DNA from: Dipteris shenzhenensis
Taxonomy: Eukaryota
Length of the DNA stretch: 64,000 nucleotides
Strand: one strand, 5' to 3'
Assembly (NCBI GenBank): GCA_047967505.1
Contig: CM106538.1
Under the pieces are notes generated by a model. It was not told the origin of the DNA and did not search any database. It saw only the letters and a program-made list of their open reading frames with translations. This document shows positions 51,242 through 64,000 of the stretch, piece after piece (the stretch's first letter is position 1; every line of letters starts with the position of its first letter). Made by a program: the position numbers and the translations under genes.

Positions 51242-53156
51242 GTGACCCTTTTTCCCCCATAAAAGGGGGATTTCACTTGTGGAGGCCATAATGTACCCTT
51301 CCCTTACTCAAATTTAACCAAAATTTTTCCCTCTTATTCATCACATGGAGGACTAAAATATTGACATTTTTGAAATGTTTGGTCATGGTCATGTTTAAAA
51401 ATTACTAGATTTAATTTTTAATATTCTTTGTTGATCCTCTAAAAAGTAAAAGTAAATATTAAACTTCATTCTCCCTAAATCTAACTGTTGGATTTGAGAT
51501 TTGATGATTGAACCCAAAGACTTCAAAGACTAGATCCATAGGGAAGTAGGTGAGATTTGCATTTTTGTGTGTTAAAAAGCTTGTTTTCCACCTCTTAAGG
51601 ATTGGAAAGTGAACAAAAAGTGGACACCCTTAGCTTGCTACCACCCTCCTTTCCTTAAACCCATCCTTGCCATCCATGTGATGAGGCCCTAACTAAGTCT
51701 AACTTATGGTAATAAGCTGATCAACCTAACCAAGCTAGCCCAAGTAGAATGGCTCACCATTGTCCAAGTGAGTCCACAACTCCAAATGTACTCCTACTAA
51801 ATCACTAATCACTCACACAATTTGAAAGGTTGTAAACCAAGTTTTAAAAAGGTATAATGACACCAAGCTATGGCCAAAGCTCATGGTTGTAGGATCTTCA
51901 CTGAGTTGCTTTGTACTCACATATGCATCATGACACAAGGTACAAGATTTCATGAGATAAGCAAGTCAAATTCTTTATCCTTAAGTAGGGAAGTGGCACT
52001 ACTATAGCAATGGTACATACATGTAAGCTAAATAAAAATTGATTAAATCTATGGGATTTGTCTCAGGCATCCCCCATGTAACAAATGTAATACGTATAGA
52101 AAACTAAATATAATAAGTAAATCATAGTCTCTCAATCACAAAGAATCTGTATTTTTTACAATTATCTTTGAGAATGGAATGCCATGCATGATTGAATATT
52201 TTATCCAATAAGAATAACAAATATTGCATCTCTCATTGTCTTCAAATGCTAGCTATGGATTTTTCTTTCAATATCTAATAATCTCATATATTGCTATCTC
52301 ATACTTAGCCCTCTTCCTATCCATCTCCACTTGATCACCTTCTTTTAATTTGGCAATCTTCTTATTTATCTTCCCTTGTTTAAATTCATACCTCTTCCTA
52401 TGGCATTGATCTCTCCATTCATTCCATATTATCATTGTACCTCCCCGTTCTTCTAATTCATCCCATCTATATTCCCTCCTTGATTCTATATTTAGATATA
52501 TCCCTCTATCCTTTCATCATACATACAATGATAATACCACGGCTTCTGCAAGAAGAGTAGGGTATTCTCAGTATGCAGGGTTTCGAGGCTTTTTACCACC
52601 TATAGATATATCAGGGTTGTCGTTTGTAGTATACGTGTAGCTTAGGACCTCGAGTCATATTTCAGTGAGAGACGTAGGCTTAAGTGTGGTAAGAAAACAT
52701 AGTGCATGCATGTGTGAAAGGAATGTGCATCATCATGGTTAAGGCAATGAAGGCTTTCTCCTTCATTGGGGTTGAAGGGTTTAGGAGGAGTTTAAGGGTT
52801 AGCAAGAGGTTCCAGGTTTTAGAAAGAGGTTCCAGGTTCAAGGGTTAGAAGGAGGTTCCAAGGTTTGGAGAGAGGTTCTAGGGTTTAGAAAGAGGTTCTA
52901 GAGTTTAGAAAAGGTTCCAAGGTTAGAAGGAGGATACAAGGTTCAAGGTGGAGTACATGGTGGAGAACTCATCTCCCTCATAGATCATGGAGGTTAAGTA
53001 TTGAGTAACTAAGGGTTTAGGGGGAGTATAGGAGTGGGAGAGGAAGAAGGTGTAAGAGCATGGGGAAAGGACTAGGGAGAGAAGGAGGGAGGAGGAGGAG
53101 GAGGTGGAGGAGGAGGAGGAGGAGATGGGAGGAGGCGGGAGGAGGAGGAGCAGAGG

Positions 53157-56100
53157 TGTAAGAAAATAATACAACATCTATGCTCAATAGATAACAGGAT
53201 CTCGTACGCAAGAGAGAAAACAAGATAGTATGGAGAATCAAAAATTTGATTACTGTAGAATTGATACAATAGATGGCGCAGCCTCCCAACCGTGTGCTCC
53301 TGTGAAAGAAGATTCGATGGCATGCCGAAAATAGTAGAAGACATAGGCTGGATGCTAAGGAATCAGGGTTGCTCTAGCCAGTGATAAAATGGGCTTCATG
53401 GGCTTGCTCTTATATAGCCACCAATCGTAGTTGGTTAGGCTCAATTGGGTGACCGACCGAGTCCGGCCAAAACGGTCGACTGAGGGTCGGTCTCGAAATA
53501 GGCCACCAACCATACGATAGAACCGGTGTGCAAAACAGAGCAACTAACCTACGGCCTCCATTCAGAGCCATCCGGGATTATCTGAGGCTCCAAACGGGCC
53601 CCGCAACCCAAGAGTGGGCTGCCTCGAGAAATGCTCCATCTACCCTCAGTGCGGTCAGTCAAGGGACGCATTCCCACGCTTGCATGTAGCCTAGTTGGCA
53701 ATGTGCCAACTCTATCTGAAGCCATCCAGCCATCAAGCCACACATGGCCCCCATCTGGTGTCCAAACCAGGACCTACCGGATAATCGAGCTACTCAAATG
53801 CCTTCTCCTCATATGGGGGGCTTACAAGTAGAGTTAGCTGGTTCTCGCATAGTTACATGAGAGTGGAGCATTGATATCTAACACCCCCCCTCAATGTCCA
53901 CCCACAAGTGAACTTACTTTTTTGGCACAATGCCAAGTCGATGAAGATGCCTTTCTAGCAAGTCTCTTCCAAGAGCCTTCGTGAAGATGTCCGCAGCATT
54001 CTCTGTAGTCGGACAGTACACCAAGTCAACCTCTCCATCCATGATGAGCTCACGTACAAAGTGATATTGAATCTCAATGTGTTTTGTGCGAGTGTGGAAC
54101 ATCAGGTTCTTTGCAATCGCCATGCAACTCTGATTGTCACATGATAACTGCGTAGGCTTGTTCTGCACTGCACCCATGTCCCCCAAAATCCTCCTCAACC
54201 ACACTGCCTTGCAAGAAGCAAAGCATGTAGATTTGTACTCAGCCTCAGTAGAAGAAAGAGTAACTGTGGGTTGCTTCTTGCTGACCCATGACACAACTCC
54301 AGATCCAAGTGAGAAACAGTACCCTGTCATTGATCTCTTGCTGTCCATGTCTCCTACCCAATCCGAGTCATAGGAATCCGGTCAAGATGTTGCCCTTGGT
54401 ATAGGTGATGCCATAATCAAGTGTGCCTTTGTTGATGTATTTCAGCACCCGCATCCCTGCCCTCCAATGGTTCTCTCGGGGTTTATTGGAAAACTTGCTT
54501 AGTACACCAGTCACAAAATTGATGTCCGGCCATGTGTTGCACAGGTAAATCAAGCTGCCCACAAGCCTTCTGTACTTCGCTTCATCCACCAGTGGTGATG
54601 AATCCTCATTTGAGAGCTTCGCATCAACCTCCATAGGGGTACCAACTGTCTTGCACTCAGCCATGCCAAATGCCTTTAGTATCTCTCCAACATACTCCAG
54701 CTATGAAATGAAGATGTATTTCGGCTCCTGCCAAACTTCAATCCCCAAACAAAAATGCATCAGTCCGAGGTCTGTCATTTCAAACTCTCTTCCTAGCAAA
54801 TGCTTTGTCTGCGAGATCTTCTCTTCATGGTTCCTTGTTATGACAAGGTCATCCACATAAAGGACCATGATCATACACCTGCCTCCTTCTCTGAAGATAT
54901 ATAAATTTGCATCAAATGGGCTCCTCCTAAACCCATTTTGTAGAAAGTAGGCATCAATTCTCTGGTACCATGCTCGTGGGGCCTGTTTCAGCCCATAAAG
55001 TGCCTTCTTCAGTTTGCAGACTTTACCTTCTGAATTAGGGATCTCAAAACCTGGTGGTTGTTCCACGTATACCTCCTCCTTGAGATCTCCATTTAGAAAG
55101 GCGAATTGCACATCCATGTGAAACACGAGCCAACTTCCCTAGGTAGCTAAAGCCAAAAAACTGCAAATTGTGGTTAGTCGAGCTGTGGGAGCAAAAGTAT
55201 CTTAATAATCAAAACCATGTACCTATGCAAATCCTTTTGCCACAAGCCAAGCCTTGTACTTATCCAACGTGCCATCGGACTTGTACTTGGTCTTGTATAC
55301 CCACTTGGTTCCGATTACCTTGTGTTTTGGTGGTCGATCCACAAGGTCCCAAGTGTTGTTCTTCATTATGGAGCCATACTCCAACTGCATAGCATCCATC
55401 CACCTATCATTGCCCTGTGACTCTTCAAGACACTTAGGTTCATTAGCACGGATCACTTCTATTATCAAAGCATAGTTGACCAAGTGTTCCTACGCCCTTC
55501 TTTGCTCCTCTAATCTCTTGGACCGGTAGTGTTCGGATGGTTCCTCCTCAATGGTTGGAGGTTCTCTACCATCCAAAAGCTTCTTTATCCACTTCAAAAA
55601 TGGCCGTTGCCGTTGTGGTTCTACAGGCTCTTCTTCATCCTCTTTGTCTTGAATCCTCCCAAGCACCATTGGGGGAGTTCGGAGTGCTATTGGTGGCAGT
55701 ATTGGACGGATATCCTGGTCCTAGTTGTCTGGGAAGGAAGCATCCTCCTCTAATTGATGCGGCTGTTCTGAGAAGACCACATCGTGACTTACAATTACCT
55801 TCTTGGTAACAGGGTTATAGAGATGGTAACCCTTCGCCTCTTCACTACAGCCCAAGAAAATACACTTCTGGATCTTCGGTTCCCATTTGGTTCTAGTAGC
55901 ATCAAGGACATGCATAAAATAGTCACATCCAAAAACTCTGAAATGTGTAGCTAAAGGTTTCTTACCAGAAAAGGCTTGTAGTGAAGTCATCCCATTCACA
56001 GCCTTCGTGTAGCTACGATTCAGGATGTAAACTGTAGTGTTACATGCTTCAGCCCAGAAAGTCTTTGGCAAATCTTTCCCTTTCATCATACTCCGGCCCA

Positions 56101-57988
56101 TTTCGTAGATGACACACATCTTGCATTCTGCTACTCCATTTTGCTGTGATGTATGTGGTGGGGGTTTCTGCCTCTTGATCCCGTGACTTTTGCAGTAACT
56201 TTTGAATTTAGTCGATGTGAACTCTCCACCTCTATCTGATCTCAAATTCTTCACCTTCCTCCCCGATTCTTTCTCGACCATTACATGCCATTCCTTGAAC
56301 CTACTGAAAGCCTCGTCTTTTGTCTTCAGGAAGTATATCCATATCCTTCTACTGTAGTCGTCGATCAGTGTCATGAAGTAGTAGGAACCACCTAAAGCTT
56401 CCGTCTCCATCTTTCTGCAGAGGTCCATGTAAATGAGCTCTAGAGGAGCCTTTGCCCTACTGGCCTCTTTAGGAAAGGGCTGTCGATGCTGCTTGCCCAT
56501 CATGCAAGCTTCACATACATCGGGCAGATTTGAAATTTCTGGTAGGTCTACAATCATTCCACTTTTATGCATCTCCTTCAAAGAACTAAGGTTTAGATGA
56601 CCAAACCTCTCATGCCATAGCTTAGTGTTCTTCACATCTACTCGAGCACTGAAAGCTGAGAGTTCATAAATGTTATTGCACCGTGTACCTTTACCAACAA
56701 CCTTTCCTTGAAGATCTAGGATCTGTGCACCATTCTTATCGAATTGAACTTTGAGGTCCCGATCCATGATTGTAGAAACATACAACAAGTTCCTCTTGAT
56801 ATCTGGCACATAAAGAACATCACATAACTATTTGACAACTCCATCTGACTTGAGAGCAATCGTACCTTTTCCTTTTGTTGGACATTTTGATTTTTCAAGA
56901 CTGTCCATGCCTCCTCCGCTCTGGTGACATGTTGAATTAACGCCATGACAGAATCACTAACACTGTAGACAATAGAACACAGCGCATCTGTATTTCTTCT
57001 TATCCACGTGAGAATCTCATCCGCAGTTGATACTATCTGTTGTCCTGCATTGGCTGTGGATCTGGTCTTGCAATCGGCCTCACGTCCACCCCAGTAGTAG
57101 TGTCCCAAAGCTCCTATGCACTTAGGATGGTAGAGCCGTCCAACTTTTCGCTTTCACTGAACGGTGGGATTAGCAGTCTTGTGGGCTGGGCCATCTCTCA
57201 CAATCTGCTTGCAAACAAAAACACACTAGCAAATCTTCTTTCTAGAGTCCAGGTTCTAATACCATGTAAGAAAATAATACGTCTGTGCTCAACAGATAAG
57301 AGGATCTCATACACAAGAGAGAAAACAAGATAGTATGGATAATCAAAAATTTGATTACTGTAGAACTGATACAATAGATGGTGCTGCCTCCCAACCGTGC
57401 ACTCCTATGAAAAAAGCTTCGATGGCGTGCCGAAAACAATAGAAGACGGAGGCTGGATGCTAAGGAATCAGGGTTGCTATAGCCAGTGATAAAATGGGCT
57501 TCACAGGCTTGCTCTTATATAGCCACCAGTCGTAGTCGGGGTTAGGCTCAACCGACCCAGTCTGCCCAAAATGGTCGACTGGGGGTCGGTCCCGAAATAG
57601 GCCACCGACCATACGATAGAACTGGTGTGCAAAACAGAGCAACTAACCTACGGTCTCCGTTCGGCCTAGAGCCATCCGGGATCATCTGAGGCTCCAAATG
57701 GGCACCACAACCCAAGAGTGGGCTACCACGGGAGATGCTCCATCTACCCTCAGTGCGGTCAGTCAAGGGATGCCTTCCCACACTTGCATGTAGCCTAGTT
57801 GGTGGTGTGCCAACTCTATCTGTAGCTGTCCAACCATCAGGCCACACATGGCCCCCATCTGGTGTCCAAACTAGGACCTACTGGATAACCGAGCTACTCA
57901 AATGCCTTCTCCTCATATGGGGGGCTTACAAGTAGAGTTAGCTAGGTTCCCGCATAGTTACACGAGAGTGGAGCATTGATATCTAATA
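53157..57988 (-). mobile_element. Copia family B element inside the G4 LTR
   Basis: LTRs 53157-53883 and 57265-57988 (~725 bp); TSD AGAGG; degenerate Met PBS TGGTATTAGAACC; G-rich PPT at 53884-53892. Confidence 0.95.
53914..57194 (-). pseudogene. Copia B gag-pol with gag/protease deletion
   Basis: LWHERFGH, CEAC, LRSDRGGEF integrase; LYVDD RT; SCDNQS/ADIFTK RNase H; gag joins directly to late protease near 56880. Confidence 0.92.
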
Positions 57989-60500
57989 AGAGGATGGGTT
58001 GCAAGGTTGGAGGAGAGGGGAGGAGGAGTTCCAAGGTTAGGACATGCTTTTGGACGTGGAGTGCAAGGTAGCATGGACACTTGAGACAATTGCTTGGAAT
58101 ACCAAAGTAGAACTCAACACAATGCCCCAAAGAGTGTGGGCTTCATTCCATTATGGGGTATTTATACAAGTTGGAGAGCTTCTCTCTCTGCATGTAGGAA
58201 TTGTAAGAAATTCTCTCTCTACATGTAGAACTTGCATATAGAAGTTGCATGTAGGAGTTGCATGTTGAACTCACATGTTGCATGTTGCATGTAGGAGTTG
58301 CATGTAGAACTCATATGTAGAACTTGCATGTAGGAGTTGCATGTAGGAATTGCATGTAGAACATGCATGTAGGAGTTGCAAGTAGGACTTGCATGTAGGA
58401 GTTGCATGTATAACATGCATGTAGGAGTTGTATGTAGAACATGCATGTAGGAGTTGCATGTATAACTCGCATGTAGAACTCACATGTTGCATGTAGGAAT
58501 CGTATGTAGAACTTGCATGTAGAACATGCAAGTTGGATTTCTAAGAGGGATTATTCCTAGCCTTATGCAAGTACAAGCAGAGCTTTTCCACTACTCTACA
58601 CACACATTTTGTGCTACCTAAGTCCATGTCGGCACAGAGACAACATACTTCCAGATCCATTTGATTACCCATCCTCGGGTTATGGCTTATTTTAATTTCA
58701 GAGTTGGGATGCCATGTGCGTAACCCAATGGTTGTTGAGCTTGTGGGATGCCAATCACTCCTACTATAATGCTTTTGCACCATACAATTTATGGTATGTA
58801 GTTAGGAAGCTTATCTCCTCTTGAGGAGGGTTAGATGGCTATGAATTTTGGAGGGGATTTTGTTGCTGAGGCCGCGGACTCTTCCATCGAATCTTCTTGG
58901 GAAGAGGTTTGGCGGGGGTCTCATTGTTGAGGCTGGCATTTCTTGCTATGTTGCATACATGTTGGATGTGATTGCACCCGTATTATTGAGCTTATAGATA
59001 AGTTTGTATGCAAGTCTGATATTTTTGAATTTAGGAGATGGCTGTAATGTTTGGTGGGGGTCTCATTGCTAAGGCTACAGACTCTTTTGCCAATTCATCT
59101 TGAGTTTTGGCATAGCTTCTTGTCACGCTTGTGAATTCATTGCATGCTTTGAGAGTATGGAATGAAAGTGTGTGATACTATTATTGATGCAATCTATTAT
59201 GTGCCTATGCAAAATCATTTGAGTGCACATGATGTGTCGATTAGGTAGGGACTAACTATATTCTTATTTGTGGGATTTAATAGGGAAACTAAGACTCAGT
59301 CATTCCTAATACAAAATTAATTAGGTCTTCCTAAATGTGCAAAAATGTGCATATGCCAGTGAGTGTACGTGTAACAATGAGGTAACAATCTAGTGCAAAC
59401 TATATGTGCAAAAACATTCATATGTTAGTGAGTGCACGTGTAACAATCTAGTGCAAACTGTTGAAGACTTGGGGTTCCCAAAACTTCATTATTCTCGAGG
59501 ATGACTTGCGTGTTGATGTTGTATTACTTCAATCGGCTCCCATTTATGGTTGTGTTGAATGGGATGCCGTCCAATGTTTCTAGCAGCACAGCTTGAACTT
59601 CAGATTCTTTTAGTGGTCTTGGTGCTATGGGGACACTGCCACTTGTGTAATTCTTCAAGTACTCTGAGACTTCTTGAAGATCAGCCTCTGATGGTGTTCA
59701 ACTAGCCTGAGATGTGCTATGGGTACAAGGTGGCATAGTATCATTAACCAATTTGTTTGGCTCTTGGGGACCTTTTTTTGTTTTTTGATTTTTGTTTTTT
59801 TTGAATTCTCTTAATCAATCTTCATACGCACATGTGGCTTATACATTTGAAACCTCTTATGTTGGGAACTGTGAGGTAACTTTTCCATTGGTAAGATGTT
59901 CCCAAGTAAGGGTCCATTTGCTGTGCATACTCCTTCTAGTCCCTTAGGAGACCGTTCAAGATGTAGTGGTTCTGATTTCGAGGGAGCTGGCTTTGCAAGA
60001 TACAATTCGATGATCCTTGTTTGGATTCGTTCGAATTCATTGAAGTGTTTGACCTTGGGCTTTTCTACAATTTTCTCCTACAACTTTCTTGCAAGATCTT
60101 CTACTGTTATTCAACTTTGGAGGTTGTGACCTTTGTTGACATGGCATTCACTTTTCCCAAGGGTTTAGCTCGAGAATCATCGGCAAGGCATATGTTGAAA
60201 TTAGCCTTTTGCATTGGTGGGAGACCTCATTCATCATAGAGCTCCTTTGATAGGACATTTACACCTGCTCCACCATCCACATGGCTTGGACTTCATTATA
60301 TGCCTTGTGGATCAAAGGCACAGTAATGTTGCATATGTCATCTCTCTCACCCATCCGCATAGGGAGATCTTCGATGTTGTTTTATGGGTAAGGGATTTGC
60401 GAGTTCAATCCATCCTTTGAAACTCTCCAAGAGATTGGGACAATTCTGTAGGAGGATTTCGATGGGAATTGACACAGGGTAACTTAGGATGCTAGAGAGT

Positions 60501-60890
60501 GAACCCAAACCTCCAAACCCTAAAATAACCCTAAACCTAAACCCCCAAACCCTAAACCCTAAACCCAAACTCCTAAACCCTAAACCCTAACCCCCAAACC
60601 CTAAACCCAAACCCTCAAACTCCCAAATCCTAAATCCAAACCCCCAAACCCTAAACCCTAAATCCAAACCCCCAAACCCCAAACCCTAAACCCTAAACCC
60701 TAATCCCTAAATCTTGAACCCCAAAACCTAAACCCTAAACCCTAAACCCTAACCCCCTTAACATTAACCCCAAGCCAAAACCCTAAACTGTGAACCCCTA
60801 ATCCCTAACCCTAAACCCTAAGCCCTAACTCCCAAACCCTAAACCCTATACCCCCAATCCCTAGACCTTAAACGCAAACCCCTAAACCCT
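60501..60890 (+). repeat. Degenerate interstitial telomeric repeat (CCCTAAA)n
   Basis: ~390 bp of ccctaaa and variants (ccccaaa, cctaaa, ccctaa, ccctaat). Confidence 0.9.
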
Positions 60891-61334
60891 TTTTCAATTC
60901 AAATTAATTTAACTTAAATCTTATAAGAATTTAAAATTCACATTCATAAGAAGTTTAAATTTTGACAAAGTAAATTCTTAATAGTTTGAATCACAAAATT
61001 TGAAATATAAATAAATTTAATTTAACTTAAAGTTTATGAAAAAATATACAAATTTAAACATAAAATTAAGAAAATAAGACTTAAATAAAAAATTCAATAT
61101 CTACATAGAAGAATATATTAATTCTCCCTTTAAAAAAAATAAATTAAACTGATAATATACGAATGTAAGTTAAACTACTTTTAAAATTTTCAAAAATGTG
61201 ATAAATTTGAAATTATACTTTCTATATTCCAACACAAAATGCATTTTTTTCTACTATATTCCAAAAATTTTAATTGAGAAATTAAACTAGTAAATTGAAA
61301 ATGAAAGTGAAACTCATTTTAAAATTAAAAAAAA

Positions 61335-61590
61335 AGAAAATTTTAAAATTCAAGTTTCCACAAGTTTGCCTTTTCGCACACATTTGTCTTTTCACACTTT
61401 TCAAGTTTCCACACGTTTGTCTTTTCAAACACAAGGGTTCATAGTTTTAAAAAAGGCAAAAATTTTGAAATTCAAGTTTTCACACGTTTCTCTTTTCAAA
61501 CAACACGGTTTATAGTTTTGTTTGTTTAAGTTTCGACTAAATCACACACCAAGGTAGATAGTTTTGTTTGTTGCAAGTTTTCGCACGTTT
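61335..61590. repeat. Short tandem motif cluster
   Basis: ttcaagttt.cacacgttt.tcttttcaaaca and atagttttgtttgtt repeated. Confidence 0.65.
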
Positions 61591-61776
61591 ACATTCTCCT
61601 TCACTATCTCTCCTCTAATATCCCTCATTGATCATAGCTCCCACATCCCTCCATTAAAACATCTCTCCTTTATCCCTCCGTGATCATCGCCCACTCCTTT
61701 CTCCTCCTCATTGGTAAGATTTTCTATCTCTTTCAATCTTACTCTCTCTATCCGTCCCTCTCTAAATTTTCATCTC

Positions 61777-62264
<488 letters not shown>

Positions 62265-62455
62265 CGCGCGCGCTGCTGCATTATTCCTTAAGGTGCTGTT
62301 TTTCTAGAAAACATGCATTTTCCTAAACCGATAACGAAGAGTTTTAGCTCGAAATTTTTTTTTTTTTACTTAATGAGTTTTATAAGAAATATTGCTCTAG
62401 ATGAGTCTTTGTACAAAGGATCTCCTGTGACCTTGTCAATAATTTATTTTTTCCT

Positions 62456-64000
62456 TTACAGTGAGTTTAGTACAAATGGGCGATCCAAACATTTGCTTGT
62501 TTGAATGTCCTTTTCTATCATCATAGAAATGAGCAATCCAAACATTTGCTTATTCAGAATGTCCTTTTTGTCATCACTTGTCGCTTGGGTGCCATCTTCA
62601 TTCACTCTCATCTGACCACCACCACCCCCTTTACTCTTTCTCGATATTTGAATGGTGTTATCATGGGCATTCTTCATTTGCACTATCTCCTTCTACTTCC
62701 TTTTGGGTGAGCATCTTTATGAACTCTGTAATGTGCAAAATAATTGGTTGCAGTAATTTTATTTTGTCTTCTACATCATACGCCATGTGCTTCTTTGTTT
62801 TCTTTGACCTTGATTTCCAAGATACTATGACTGTCTCTGCAGAAAGTCTTGAAATTGCATCATGGTTTGGGACCCATTCCTTTTTCAAACAACTACTATA
62901 CAATGTATTGTTATCGTGTTCTCCTTCCTAACCCTTGGATCATACCATACCACTGTAAATGTTGTAGCTCTCCCCCAGTCATCCATGCTCACATCAACTA
63001 CTTTCGCAACCCAAAACTTCATGTTCTCATGTTCATCATCCGATGGTCGAACTGTAACAAAACGATGGATGTCTATGTCTATTTGTGGCATAAACTCTCT
63101 CTTTTTGGGTCCAATATGGATGTGGGAGCAGCGATTCAAACTCATTTTCAAAGAGACCACATGCTGGGTGCAAGTCATTCCACCATTTGGCCAAAATAAA
63201 GGCCGTTCTGCCTTAATATCATCTTCTCGCTTTGCAAGGTCCTTGATCAATTAGTAGGTCTTGCTAATTACAATAGTAGTGTGTTCCTTCCAAGAGGGCT
63301 TCCAATTAGGAAATCTCCGGAGCATTTCCTCTTTGTATGTAATAAAAGCTTTTAAGCCTTCTATTTCACCTTTGGATTTCTCACTGAATTCTTTCATAGG
63401 AGCCCATGTTGGACACATTTCTTTGCTCGGGATTGAAGTCAAGAGAGAGTAAGGTTCTTTAGGTTCCCATTTTGTATCAAGAGAATAGTATTGCCACTAC
63501 ATCACTAGTTTTTCATCCTTTAAGAAAAAGCAAAAATAGTGTGGAGCACTATGCCCTATCAGGGCATCACCACCTTTTTGTATGAAAGGTAGAATAAAGC
63601 TCTTCTAATCATACATCCTCTCAAGCATTGAGCATACTGTTCCTTCCTTACGGCCACCAACTTGCCTCCCACATTTTCTTATCAAGTCATCCATCGTCTC
63701 CATTGCCTTGTGTTTTAGTTCTCTTGAAACCATGCTAAATACTTGATCAATATCCTCATGTGTGTGCCCAACCAACAAAAACCCAACTTCAATCTCATTG
63801 AAGATTTTATAAGCAATTAGCATTGAGCAAAATGCAAAGAAGAGTACATTATTGTTCTCTTGTCCACAATTGTCTACTTGTACTCTCAAAGTTGCTGGTA
63901 GGCAACCTTTTTCTGCATGTACATTGTGAATTGCCTTCATAACAGATGTTACAACTTGATTGCTATCATGTACATGCAAGGAATCAATCCATATGTTTGC
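62456..64000 (-). pseudogene. DNA transposase pseudogene, DUF7869/Sola-like (N-terminus outside window)
   Basis: LRVQVDNCGQENNN..FLLVGHTHEDIDQVFS, then GHSAPHYFCF..W.P and a C-terminal FWVAKV..VVWY block; stops and frameshifts. Confidence 0.75.

Larger units (their letters stand above)
52537..60500 (-). mobile_element. Gypsy G4: non-autonomous relative of G1/G2, 5'-truncated, LTR interrupted by Copia B
   Basis: 3' LTR at 52537-53156 plus 57994-58645; internal 58646-60500 is homologous to the G2 3' region, deletion junction and gag/PR remnants. Confidence 0.88.

Noticed and set aside
58219-58531. His/Cys/Met-rich ORFs suggesting a metal-binding peptide
   Set aside because: Translations of the 13-bp LTR tandem array

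Overview
This window is almost entirely nested plant transposable elements, with a 100-N scaffold gap at 21583-21682 and no intact host gene. tRNA-Met/Asp primer sites and CCCTAAA repeats point to a plant; a non-seed plant such as a fern or lycophyte is only an inference. Gypsy content: one complete 16.3-kb Athila-like element (G1, 21889-38193, TSD CCGAT) with a four-knuckle gag, RT-RH-INT and a decayed ~3.6-kb extra sense ORF. Two non-autonomous relatives (G2, G4) share the same RT-RH-INT deletion junction, and further Gypsy remnants are present (G0, G3). Copia content: three copies of family A and one of family B, each nested in Gypsy-derived DNA. Other elements: two copies of a ~247-bp MITE with 8-bp TSDs, a degenerate interstitial telomere tract, and a Sola-like/DUF7869 transposase pseudogene. 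The least explained segment is ~10.4-16.3 kb. It holds a decayed protein-kinase gene followed by a coiled-coil RING-H2 gene, flanked by a long hairpin and by oppositely oriented motif arrays. The ORF track shows this pair only as fragments.
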